DNA of 32,000 nt from assembly GCA_041891055.1 (NCBI GenBank), contig CP169074.1, positions 857,620 to 889,619 of the forward strand, given 5' to 3'. Under the pieces are notes generated by a model. It searched no databases. It saw only the letters and a list, made by a program, of their open reading frames with translations, and had not been told where the DNA came from. The position numbers and the translations under genes were made by a program. Source of the stretch: Halorutilales archaeon Cl-col2-1 (GTDB lineage Archaea > Halobacteriota > Halobacteria > Halobacteriales > Afararchaeaceae). Below are positions 1 to 8,461 of this stretch, piece after piece; position 1 is the first letter of the stretch, and the number at the start of each line of letters is the position of its first letter.

Positions 1-1
1 C

Positions 2-502
2 CCCCAGAACTTCAGACCCAACAGTCTCACGACAGCACGCACCAACTACGAGAAGGGCTACTACTACGGCTCGATGATCGACTCGCTATCCGCCTTCGGG
101 GTTCTATCAGCGCGTCTCCAGTCCTTCGATGTCGACCCCGACATCACACGCGAGTACCAGACGTCGAAACGTGAGGCAAGAGCCGAGATACTCGACGCAC
201 AGAGACAGGGGATAGACTCGACCCTACCCGTGAGTCTCTACCTCTTCAGCCAGAACTCCCTCGACGACGAGAGGATGAAGTTCGAGGTCTACGAACAGGC
301 GAAGCTCATAGCCAAGTACAACGCACAGATAAAGGAGCCGCCGTCGAAGACCCCCGCTAAGCTCAAAGAAGTACGTGACCCCATCGTAAATCCGGGTCCC
401 GACAGCATCATCAGACCTGGGACGCCGCTCGCTGTCGCGGCTCTCGTCTTAGTGGGTCTCCTCGCGTCTGTCCTCGTGAGACGTCTCAAGCCCAGACACT
501 GA
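2..502 (+). CDS. C-terminal part of a secreted or surface-anchored protein of unknown function (5' end outside the window). It ends in a single hydrophobic helix followed by basic residues.
   Basis: The frame is open from base 2 to the stop at 500-502, so the ATG at 74 is probably internal. The tail RPGTPLAVAALVLVGLLASVLVRRLKPRH resembles a C-terminal membrane anchor or PGF-CTERM-like sorting signal. I recognise no family motif. Confidence 0.45.
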   Translation, partial: PQNFRPNSLTTARTNYEKGYYYGSMIDSLSAFGVLSARLQSFDVDPDITREYQTSKREARAEILDAQRQGIDSTLPVSLYLFSQNSLDDERMKFEVYEQAKLIAKYNAQIKEPPSKTPAKLKEVRDPIVNPGPDSIIRPGTPLAVAALVLVGLLASVLVRRLKPRH

Positions 503-509
503 TCCAATC

Positions 510-1997
510 ATGCTCGTACTCGGAACCTCGTCACACGTCGGAAAGAGCACCGTAGTCGCGGGGCTATGCCGTCTCCTCTCCGACGAAGGGTACGAAGTCG
601 CACCGTTCAAGGCTCAGAACATGAGCAATAACTCATGGGTGACCTCCGAAGGCGGTGAGATAGGAATATCACAGGCTGTACAGGCGTGGGCGGCGCGTAA
701 GGAGCCATCCGTCGAGATGAACCCCGTCCTCCTCAAGCCGAAGGGCGACGGTGTCTCGCAGGTAGTACTCCTCGGAGACGTACATGGCGACAGGGAGACG
801 GGAGAGTACTACGACGAGTTCGACGAGATGAGACGCCACGCGAAAGAGGCGTACGAGAGACTCGCAGACGAGAACGACGTCGTAGTCGCCGAGGGTGCGG
901 GGGGAGCGGCGGAGATCAACCTACAAGACCGTGACCTCTCGAACACAGAGACTGCGCGGTTCGCCGACTCGCCAGTAGTACTCGTCGCCGACATAGAGAG
1001 GGGAGGTGTCTTCGCGAGCGTCTATGGAACTCTCGAACTCCTCCCCAACGACATACGTGAGAACGTCAAGGGTGTGATCATCAACAAGTTCAGGGGATCG
1101 CTCGACGTCCTGGAGCCGGGACTCGAAGAGCTCGAAGACCTAACGGGAGTCCGAGTCTTAGGCGTCCTGCCCTACACCGACCTCGGCCTCCCCTCCGAGG
1201 ACTCGTTGTCGATAGACGACAAGCCGGCGTCGGAGGACAGATACGATGACGGAGAAGCCGAAGTAGCCGTCGTGCGTCTTCCACGTATCTCGAACTTCAC
1301 CGACTTCGAGCCTCTTGAACGCGAGGAGCGGGTCAAGGTCAGATACGTCGATCTTGCCGACTCTCTCGGAGATCCCGACGCCGTCATTATCCCCGGCACT
1401 AAGAACACAGTCGACGACCTCGTGAGCCTGAAGGAGACTAACCTCTTCAATGAGATTAGATCGTACGACGGCGTCGTCGTCGGTGTGTGTGGAGGGTTCC
1501 AGATGCTCGGCGAGTGGGTAGTAGACGAGGGCAACGAGTCGGTTGACGACGAGACACAGAGGATAGAGGGTCTCGGACTTGTCCCGGTCAGAACACGGTT
1601 CGACTCGTCGGAGAGTGGATACGCCGATGACAGACGGAAGACGACCCGACAGGTCGAGCTAAGAGCCACAGGAGACGGGCTCCTCTCGGATTTCGAGGGC
1701 ACCGTAGAGGGCTACGAAATACATATGGGGGAGACGGACGAGGTCGGAGAGTCTCCGGGACTTGAATCCGCCTTCGGACATGACGGTGTCGTGACAGACC
1801 GTGTCCTCGGAACGTACCTCCACGGTCTCTTCTCGAACGACGGCTTCCGTGACGCCTTCGTAGACGCCATAGGTGGCTGTTCCGAGTCCTCAAGCTCTCC
1901 TGACTCCGATCCCTACGACGATGCGGCACGTCTTCTGAGGGAGAATATTGATACACAGGCTATCATAAAGATGGCTGAGTCGGAGAAAGCAGAATAG
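510..1997 (+). CDS. cobQ: Cobyric acid synthase (CobQ/CbiP)
   Basis: The N-terminus LGTSSHVGKSTVVAGLCRLLSDEGYEVAPFKAQNMSNNSWVT...GEIGISQAVQAWAA...MNPVLLKPKGD matches the CobQ ATP-binding/DTBS-like domain. The C-terminal part has a glutamine amidotransferase signature (GVCGGFQMLG ... GYEIHMG ... GTYLHG). Confidence 0.9.
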   Translation: MLVLGTSSHVGKSTVVAGLCRLLSDEGYEVAPFKAQNMSNNSWVTSEGGEIGISQAVQAWAARKEPSVEMNPVLLKPKGDGVSQVVLLGDVHGDRETGEYYDEFDEMRRHAKEAYERLADENDVVVAEGAGGAAEINLQDRDLSNTETARFADSPVVLVADIERGGVFASVYGTLELLPNDIRENVKGVIINKFRGSLDVLEPGLEELEDLTGVRVLGVLPYTDLGLPSEDSLSIDDKPASEDRYDDGEAEVAVVRLPRISNFTDFEPLEREERVKVRYVDLADSLGDPDAVIIPGTKNTVDDLVSLKETNLFNEIRSYDGVVVGVCGGFQMLGEWVVDEGNESVDDETQRIEGLGLVPVRTRFDSSESGYADDRRKTTRQVELRATGDGLLSDFEGTVEGYEIHMGETDEVGESPGLESAFGHDGVVTDRVLGTYLHGLFSNDGFRDAFVDAIGGCSESSSSPDSDPYDDAARLLRENIDTQAIIKMAESEKAE

Positions 1998-1998
1998 A

Positions 1999-2499
1999 TC
2001 AGTCCTCGAGCCTCTCGATCTCGTGGACGAGTTTCTCGACCGCCTTCCTCGCTATCTCCTCGCGGTTCTCTTCCCTGTTACCGTCTACTTCGACCCTCTT
2101 GACGGCGGTATAGGACTCTTCGGAGCCCCAGTCCCCGGCATACGAGACACCGAGATAAGCCGTTCCCACTGGGTCGTCGTCTCCTCCCGTAGGTCCCGCG
2201 TACCCCGTCGTCGATACTCCCCACGTCGTGCCCGCTCTGTCACGCGCTGCTTTCGCCATCTCTCCGGCGACTTCCTCGCTTACAGCACCGTATCGGTCGA
2301 GACTCTCGCGGTCTATCCCGAGATGTCTCGTCTTCGAGTCGTAGGTATATGTCACGAAGGCGGTCTCGAAGTAGTCGCTCGCACCGGGTGTCCTCGTGAG
2401 AAGATACGCCACCATTCCATCGGTACACGACTCGGCTGTCGCAACTGTCGAGTGGTTTCTCCGGAGAGCGTTTGAGACGCGTCTGTGTAGCTTCGACAT
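1999..2499 (-). CDS. CinA C-terminal domain protein, probable nicotinamide-nucleotide amidohydrolase (PncC-like)
   Basis: TVATAESCTDGMVAYLLTRTPGASDYFETAFVTYTYDSKTRHLGIDRESLDRYGAVSEEVAGEMAKAAR matches the conserved CinA-C core (ESCTGG-like motif, GAVSxEvA). The size of 166 aa is typical. Confidence 0.8.
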   Translation of the reverse strand: MSKLHRRVSNALRRNHSTVATAESCTDGMVAYLLTRTPGASDYFETAFVTYTYDSKTRHLGIDRESLDRYGAVSEEVAGEMAKAARDRAGTTWGVSTTGYAGPTGGDDDPVGTAYLGVSYAGDWGSEESYTAVKRVEVDGNREENREEIARKAVEKLVHEIERLED

Positions 2500-2574
2500 G
2501 GTCTTGGTGTATACTTCCCGGGGACATAGTAGTTTCCGACAGCTTAAACTGACGAGACGGCGTAAATCCGGAGG

Positions 2575-2835
2575 ATGAGAAAGGAGTTCCTCGAAAGGGT
2601 AGGTATCAGGAGAAACGCCGTAGTCGGCGGTGTTCTGGGGCTCGTCGTCGGGGGCTTCTTCTTCTACGTCCGAGCAATCAACGCCACGAACAATACCTAT
2701 CCACTATACCTATACGCAGGTCTCTCCGTCGTCTCCGCCGTCGCTCTCACGGGCTTCGTGACTATAACACTCACGCTCATCAGCTGGCTCAGGCTGGGTC
2801 TGAGAGAGAAAGAAAAAGAGACTGAGACTGACTGA
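2575..2835 (+). CDS. Small membrane protein, two predicted TM helices, charged tail REKEKETETD
   Basis: There are two hydrophobic stretches (VVGGVLGLVVGGFFFYV and LYAGLSVVSAVALTGFVTITLTLISWL). Codon usage resembles the neighbours. I recognise no family. Confidence 0.45.
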   Translation: MRKEFLERVGIRRNAVVGGVLGLVVGGFFFYVRAINATNNTYPLYLYAGLSVVSAVALTGFVTITLTLISWLRLGLREKEKETETD

Positions 2836-4014
2836 CTACGACCGAGCCATCTTCTTGAGACGTTTCTCGCCCGACCGCGTGCCTCTCGCTATCACTGTGT
2901 CGTCGGCTTCGAGACGTGTCTCAGCGTAGGGATTGTATATCCAGCCCTCTTCCCGTCTCACAGCCATGACGTGCATACCCGTCTTGGTCTCCAGGTTGAG
3001 GCTACCAAGCGTCTCGGAGTCGAGCTTACTACCCCCCTCAACCTGAACCTGGGCAATTATCTCGTTGCTCTCCCTCACAGCCTCAGAGAAGACGGGATGT
3101 AGATCGATGTCACGCATAGTGACGTCAGCCATCTCAAGAGCCGCATCGGAGATGACCTCCGACGAGATAGCGAGATGTATGAGACCTCTCAGGTTCGAGG
3201 GGTTCTCGACCTGACACGCCGACTCGAGAACCCAGTCCTCTAAGTCCTGCATGAGGTCGTCCGACTCCGATTCGAGAACCTGAACCTGGCTAGCTATCCT
3301 CTCACTCTCAAAGAGAGTGGCGCTGTAAGCGAGACCCACTGAGAGCTCTGCCTTATTCTTCATCTCGATTATCGCCTTGACCGCCTTATCGAGATCCTCT
3401 ATCGCGCTTGCGACTGCACCTTCGTACGACTTCTCCTCTCCGGTCAGCAGGAGATGAACGTCTCTCAGACCCTCCTCGGGACCCTCACAGAAGACGACGT
3501 CGTTCTTGAGGACACGTGTCTCCTTCTGTGGAGCGAATATCCAGTCGTTGTCACGTTTTATAGCGAAGACGTGAACCCCTGTCTGTGTTTCGAGGTCAGT
3601 CTCCCCGAGCGACTTTCCCGCGATATCGGAGCCCTCGTCGACACACACACGCATCACCGACTCCTTAGCCTCAGGGAGAGCACCCCTCAGCGACTCGGGG
3701 AGACCCATCTCTCTGAGAAGAACTTCGGCTATGTCCTCGGCGGCGTTCGATATCTTCTCGGCGGCTCCTACGATCTGGAAGATTCCGACGAGCTTCTCGG
3801 CGTCATCTGAGCTTCGCGCGGCGAGCATCAGAGCGATACGGGCGTGGTACTGGAGAAAGTTCATCCTATCTTCGAGTTCGAGAACCTCCTGTGCTATCTC
3901 ACGGTTCTTGAACAGAACCGCGGTGTAGGCGAGGTCGACCATGAGCTCGGAGGTGTCCTTCATCTCCGTGAGTATCTCCTTGACGTTACGTGGCTCGTAC
4001 TCTATGCCGCGCAT
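2836..4014 (-). CDS. Duplicated PhoU-like/TrkA-C domain regulatory protein (COG3273-type), the usual partner of MgtE-like permeases
   Basis: Two tandem halves each pair a helical PhoU-like segment with a TrkA-C-like beta domain. The beta domains read GKSLGETDLETQTGVHVFAIKRDNDWIFAPQKETRVLKNDVVF and LDSETLGSLNLETKTGMHVMAVRREEGWIYNPYAETRLEADDTVIARG. MgtE-like permease genes lie nearby. Confidence 0.75.
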   Translation of the reverse strand: MRGIEYEPRNVKEILTEMKDTSELMVDLAYTAVLFKNREIAQEVLELEDRMNFLQYHARIALMLAARSSDDAEKLVGIFQIVGAAEKISNAAEDIAEVLLREMGLPESLRGALPEAKESVMRVCVDEGSDIAGKSLGETDLETQTGVHVFAIKRDNDWIFAPQKETRVLKNDVVFCEGPEEGLRDVHLLLTGEEKSYEGAVASAIEDLDKAVKAIIEMKNKAELSVGLAYSATLFESERIASQVQVLESESDDLMQDLEDWVLESACQVENPSNLRGLIHLAISSEVISDAALEMADVTMRDIDLHPVFSEAVRESNEIIAQVQVEGGSKLDSETLGSLNLETKTGMHVMAVRREEGWIYNPYAETRLEADDTVIARGTRSGEKRLKKMARS

Positions 4015-4124
4015 TAGTACACGGTTGGTCGTCGCTGAGGTAAATCTTTGGTATGTCTTGTCACACGAGTAGGACGTACGTCTGACGCAGGCTATTTGAG
4101 GTTAGAGGTCAACTCTGGATTAAG

Positions 4125-4778
4125 ATGGATGAGCCGTCCGTACGTACTACTCAGAAGGAGACCGACTCGGGCGAGAGCCGAGAGGCAGGGAAGTCCGACA
4201 CGTCTGAGAACGACTTCGACTCGGATGAAGTTCTGGAAGTCGATCTGAAGGAAGAGAATCTGAGAGACGGCTTGTCGAAGCTCGCCGACCTCCACGACCT
4301 CAGACAGGAGTACAAGGATGAGATAAGAAGACTTGAGGAGAGGGTGGAAGAGCTGGAGGATGAAAACGAGAGACTGAGGCGTGAGAAGAGGGAGGCTGTG
4401 TCGAGTCTGGAGGAGATGACTCAGACAGTCGAGGACGAGAGACGTAGTCGGTCGGAGGAGGTCGAGGATCTTAGGGAGAGGGTCGAGTCACTCAAGAGAG
4501 ACAAGAAACAGCTTTACACGAAGCTCAAGTCAAACGAGGCGAAGATCGAGAGGAAGGAGAAGAAGTATAAGAAGGCAGTTGAGGAGCTAGAGGAGAAAGC
4601 CGAGGAACGTATAGAGGGTCTCGAAGACACCGTCGCACGTCTCGAATACGAGAAGTCGAAGCTGATACAGGACAGAGAGGACAGGCGGAAGATAAAGGCG
4701 TACCTCAAGAAACAGAAGGAGTACAGGGAAGCTTCTCTTCCGAGACGTATCAAGTGGTGGCTCCTCGGGAAGGACTGA
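4125..4778 (+). CDS. Highly charged coiled-coil protein of unknown function
   Basis: The N-terminus is acidic and disordered-looking. It is followed by about 150 aa of E/K/R/L-rich heptad-like sequence (EIRRLEERVEELEDENERLRREKREA...ERIEGLEDTVARLEYEKSKL). The short tail RRIKWWLLGKD is amphipathic or hydrophobic. Confidence 0.55.
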   Translation: MDEPSVRTTQKETDSGESREAGKSDTSENDFDSDEVLEVDLKEENLRDGLSKLADLHDLRQEYKDEIRRLEERVEELEDENERLRREKREAVSSLEEMTQTVEDERRSRSEEVEDLRERVESLKRDKKQLYTKLKSNEAKIERKEKKYKKAVEELEEKAEERIEGLEDTVARLEYEKSKLIQDREDRRKIKAYLKKQKEYREASLPRRIKWWLLGKD

Positions 4779-4833
4779 ACTGAGCGACGGATGGCGTAGC
4801 AGGAGTTAAGTCGAGCCACGAGGATAGACGTGT

Positions 4834-5424
4834 ATGGATCAGACGCGCGAGATATTAGAGAGAAGCGCGGAGATCTACAAAGAAGCAGTTCCTGTTCTCC
4901 TGGTCAGCCTCGTCGGTGGTCTCTTCGCGGGTGTTTTTCTCGGAGGGAGCGGCATGAGATCGGCGATGGAGTCGATCCCGGGTCTTCTCGTAATGGTACC
5001 CGCTATGCTCGCTACGAGGGGCAATGTCTACGGCTCTCTCGGGGCTCGTATCTCGACGGGTCTCCATCAGGGTCTCGTAGAGCCGAGGTTCGAGTACGAC
5101 GAGAGGCTGGCTAACGCCGTGACGGCTTCTGTGGTAAACGGCATATCGATTTCAGTTCTGATAGGTGTCGCGTCGTGGCTACTCCTGCCTCTCCTCGGAA
5201 GACAGCCCGCACCTCTCACGAGTCTCGTCGGGATATCCGTCGTGGCTGCTGTTCTTAGTGGTGTCACACTCACATTCTTCCTCTTGGTCGTCCTCTTCGT
5301 GGGATACAGACGCGGACTCGATCCCGACCTCCTCATAGGACCCATAGTAACGACATCGGGAGACGTATTCGGGGTCATCTATCTCTACATAGGCGTCGTG
5401 ATAGTCGACGGAGGCTTTCTGTAA
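4834..5424 (+). CDS. MgtE-like divalent cation transporter membrane domain protein (COG1824-type), subunit 1
   Basis: LATRGNVYGSLGARISTGLHQG and IGPIVTTSGDVFGVIYL match the MgtE/SLC41 permease-domain motifs. About 5 TM helices are present. Confidence 0.8.
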   Translation: MDQTREILERSAEIYKEAVPVLLVSLVGGLFAGVFLGGSGMRSAMESIPGLLVMVPAMLATRGNVYGSLGARISTGLHQGLVEPRFEYDERLANAVTASVVNGISISVLIGVASWLLLPLLGRQPAPLTSLVGISVVAAVLSGVTLTFFLLVVLFVGYRRGLDPDLLIGPIVTTSGDVFGVIYLYIGVVIVDGGFL

Positions 5425-5987
5425 TGTCAGTCGACTCGTCATGGAATTTAAGGAGGCTCGTGGCTTCGACCTTTCCGCTCCTCGTAGTTCTGTCGGCTCT
5501 CGAAATGGGATCAGGTGTGATACTCGAAGGTCTCCGAGACTCCTATCTCAACAACCCGTCTCTCCTCGTCCTTGTTCCCGTAATGATAGGCATGGGAGGT
5601 AACCTCGGCTCTATGCTGTCGTCACGTCTCTCGACGAGGCTCCATCTCGGAACCACGAGACTCGATCCACGCGACCCGGTGGTGGCGTCGAATATAGTCG
5701 CCGTCTTCGGTCTAGCCCTGACAGTCTTCGTTCTACTCGGATTCTCGACGTACGGCTTGGGAAGAACCGTCATACAAGGGAGTCTGAGCCTCGCCACGGT
5801 TCTGACTGTCTCGGTCTTGAGTGGAACCGTACTCGCGTCCGTGGTAGTAGTGGTGAGCCTCGTGGCGACGTATCTGGCTTACGTTACCGGAGTCGATCCC
5901 GACGATGTCGTCATACCCGTAGTGACTAACGTCTGTGATATACTCGGCGTAGTGATACTCACCGCCGTGGTAATCTTAGTCGTTTAG
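5424..5987 (+). CDS. MgtE-like divalent cation transporter membrane domain protein, subunit 2
   Basis: GMGGNLGSMLSSRLSTRLHLG and VIPVVTNVCDILGVVIL match MgtE permease-domain motifs. The start overlaps the upstream stop (TAATG), indicating translational coupling with subunit 1. Confidence 0.8.
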   Translation: MSVDSSWNLRRLVASTFPLLVVLSALEMGSGVILEGLRDSYLNNPSLLVLVPVMIGMGGNLGSMLSSRLSTRLHLGTTRLDPRDPVVASNIVAVFGLALTVFVLLGFSTYGLGRTVIQGSLSLATVLTVSVLSGTVLASVVVVVSLVATYLAYVTGVDPDDVVIPVVTNVCDILGVVILTAVVILVV

Positions 5988-6749
5988 ACTCGACGAGAGC
6001 CAGTTGGCGTACTCCTGAGGCACTCCCTCTATGTCGAGAGCGTCGACGCCGTGTCCCTCGCCTTCGTACTCGTGTATCTCGGCTCCCATAGACTCGCCGA
6101 GAGATCTCGCGTCGCTCCTCGCGGCTTCAGATCGATCCTCGGAGAAATAGCCCACGAAAGCCGGGTCGTCGTAGTTATCAGCCTCCTCGACGACTTCTAT
6201 GCCTCTGTACGAGTTCGCGGGGGACAGGAGGAGAACTGCGTCGGGGTCGCCCTCAGAGACGTAGTCAAGGACGGCGTTAGCGCCTATGCTGGCTCCCGCC
6301 ATACCGGTTCGGGAGTCGTCAGCTCCGTTCTCGAAGAGATAAGACTCCGCCGCGGCGACGTCTTTGACCATCGCACCGAAGTCGGATTCGTCGAAGCTCT
6401 GCCAGTCACCGTCACTCTCGCCGTGACCCCTCAGGTCGATAGAGATTACATCGAATCCCTCCTCCAAGACGAGTGTCGGTAGCTCTCCCCACTGACTTCT
6501 GTCTCCTCCCAACTGATGGGCTAAGACAACACCGGGCGGAGTCGTCTCCCCCGATTCATAGTAGCTTGCGGCTATCTCAACTCCGTCCGAGGTAGTGACT
6601 GTGATGTCTTCCCGCGGCGGCTCCGAGTCAGATCCCGTATCCCCGTCTGTGTCACCCATACATCCCGCAGTCGCCGTAGCTGACATAACCCCGACCAAGC
6701 CGAGTAGTCTACGTCTCGTGTACATGATTCCGTTAGACTCTTGTGGCAT
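5976..6749 (-). CDS. Tat-exported lipoprotein, alpha/beta hydrolase fold (dienelactone-hydrolase-like)
   Basis: The signal is TRRRLLGLVGVMSATATAGC (twin-Arg plus lipobox). Hydrolase motifs are VVLAHQLGGDRSQW, DLRGHGES and a nucleophile elbow GASIGAN, with a C-terminal EGHG histidine. The true start may be the internal Met at 6725. Confidence 0.7.
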   Translation of the reverse strand: MPQESNGIMYTRRRLLGLVGVMSATATAGCMGDTDGDTGSDSEPPREDITVTTSDGVEIAASYYESGETTPPGVVLAHQLGGDRSQWGELPTLVLEEGFDVISIDLRGHGESDGDWQSFDESDFGAMVKDVAAAESYLFENGADDSRTGMAGASIGANAVLDYVSEGDPDAVLLLSPANSYRGIEVVEEADNYDDPAFVGYFSEDRSEAARSDARSLGESMGAEIHEYEGEGHGVDALDIEGVPQEYANWLSSSLND

Positions 6750-6908
6750 GACTTCTACACTAACTCCGAGAGCGTCTAAGTTAAAGTTTTCCAGCAGTAC
6801 GTCCCAAATTTACGTATAATTTATTCACATTTTCGAATTTTACTTGACATATGTCGTAGCTAATACGTCGGAGAAAGCTTTATGTGAACTTCTATGGTAA
6901 CATGAGAT

Positions 6909-7169
6909 ATGTCTGCGACAGAGATTACCAAGGACGAGGCAGATGAGATAGACGCTGACATGGAAATAGACGTGACAGGTGAGGTCTGTCCGTATCCTCA
7001 GCTTGAGGCGAAGAAGGCTATGAAGAAGCTGTCGTCGGGAGAGACCTTCGTAGAGGTCACCGACCACGTCGACTCAGTTGAGAACGTACCCGAGGTCATC
7101 GGTGCCGACGGCGATGTCAAGTACTGGGACGACGACGGCACGTTCCATCTCTACGTCACTAAGGCATAG
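6909..7169 (+). CDS. tusA: TusA/YeeD-type sulfur carrier protein with canonical CPxP cysteine
   Basis: IDVTGEVCPYPQLEAKKAMKKLSSGETFVEVTDH matches the TusA/SirA motif (G-x-x-CPxP...K.al..l..Ge.l.v..D). The 86-aa size fits, and it lies directly upstream of a YeeE/YedE gene. Confidence 0.85.
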   Translation: MSATEITKDEADEIDADMEIDVTGEVCPYPQLEAKKAMKKLSSGETFVEVTDHVDSVENVPEVIGADGDVKYWDDDGTFHLYVTKA

Positions 7170-7225
7170 ACGTAGAAGGGTGTAGTCCGTAAGACAAACC
7201 GGCTGATTCATCTTTAAGATAAAAA

Positions 7226-8461
7226 ATGGCAATAGGATTAGGGGGACTCGTACTTTCGGTAGTCGTGGGTACAGCTATAGGGATATTCATGCAGAAGGGA
7301 AGGTTCTGCTTCGTGCACGCCTTGAGAGATTTTATCGCATTCAAGGACACACGTGTCACGAAGGGGGTCGTCTCGGCGATAGGCGTCACTATGCTCCTCT
7401 GGGCAGGGGTCGCTACGGCTCTTGGAGGCGCAAACTGGTGGACGTCGTCTCTTTCGCTCTTCGGGATTGTGGGAGGCATAATCTTCGGCGTCTCTATGAC
7501 CTACGCCGGGGGCTGTGCGAGCGGTACGCTCTACCGTGCGGGAGAGGGATATGTCCAGTTCTGGATAACACTCGTCTTCATGGGTGTCGGTTACATCGTT
7601 TACAGCGCCCTGTTTCCGACACTCTCTCCGGTCAAGTCGTCGCTAACGTTCTCCGAGGGATTCTCGCTCTTCGAGATGGGTCTCCCGCCGATAGTCATGG
7701 GAGTGATAGGAGCCGGAGTGATCGTCGTGGCTTACGTCGTCCTCGTCGGAAGAGAAGTCACCGAATCAGGAGGCGGTGTCTCTGGTGCTGAGTCGGCACA
7801 GGCAAACATGGGAGTCTTCGGCGCGGGCTGGAACAGCTTCAGCCAAGGTACTAAGTCGTACATATCGGGCTTCTTCAACTCCGAGAAGAGCTTCGGAGAG
7901 AGAATGAAGGAGCCGTGGAGCGCCAAGACAGCGGGTATAGGAATCGGATTTGTTAGCATACCGTGGTTCGTCTACCTCAACACGATAGACGGCTACGCGG
8001 GATCGTACATAGCGATGACAGGTCCCGAGGTCGGCTGGCTAGCACTCATACTCAACCCGATAGTTGACCTCCAGAACGTCTCGCTCACAGGACCTTTCGG
8101 CTACATCGCGGCTTTCTACCAGAACAACCTCTCGATGGGAGCGTCTAACGCAGTGGTTCCGGGTGCAATAGCACCACCGATGCTCCTAGTCGCGTCGCTC
8201 GTCTTCGGCGCGTTCTTAGCGTCGCTCTGGAGCGGCGAGTTCGACGTAAGGATGCCCAAGAAGAAACGCGTACCGAACGCCGTCCTAGGCGGTCTCGGAA
8301 TGGGAGTGGGTTCAAGAATGATACCCGGCTGTAACATAGCCAACATCTACTCAGGACTCTCGATGCTCACGATGAACGCCGTGATAGGTACGGTCGGTAT
8401 GATAATTGGAGTCTACATAATGACCCACTGGATGTACAGAGATATAGGCTGTGAGCTTTAG
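7226..8461 (+). CDS. yeeE: YeeE/YedE family sulfur-compound (thiosulfate-type) transporter, all three conserved Cys present
   Basis: It is polytopic, with the three family cysteine motifs KGRFCFVHAL, GGCASGTLYR and IPGCNIANIY. It pairs with the TusA-like gene upstream. Confidence 0.85.
   Translation: MAIGLGGLVLSVVVGTAIGIFMQKGRFCFVHALRDFIAFKDTRVTKGVVSAIGVTMLLWAGVATALGGANWWTSSLSLFGIVGGIIFGVSMTYAGGCASGTLYRAGEGYVQFWITLVFMGVGYIVYSALFPTLSPVKSSLTFSEGFSLFEMGLPPIVMGVIGAGVIVVAYVVLVGREVTESGGGVSGAESAQANMGVFGAGWNSFSQGTKSYISGFFNSEKSFGERMKEPWSAKTAGIGIGFVSIPWFVYLNTIDGYAGSYIAMTGPEVGWLALILNPIVDLQNVSLTGPFGYIAAFYQNNLSMGASNAVVPGAIAPPMLLVASLVFGAFLASLWSGEFDVRMPKKKRVPNAVLGGLGMGVGSRMIPGCNIANIYSGLSMLTMNAVIGTVGMIIGVYIMTHWMYRDIGCEL

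Noticed and set aside
1172-1702. A 176-aa ORF and other ORFs (809-994, 1090-1284, 1588-1956) antisense to cobQ
   Set aside because: They overlap a confidently identified gene. Their composition is Ser/Arg/Pro-rich with no motifs.
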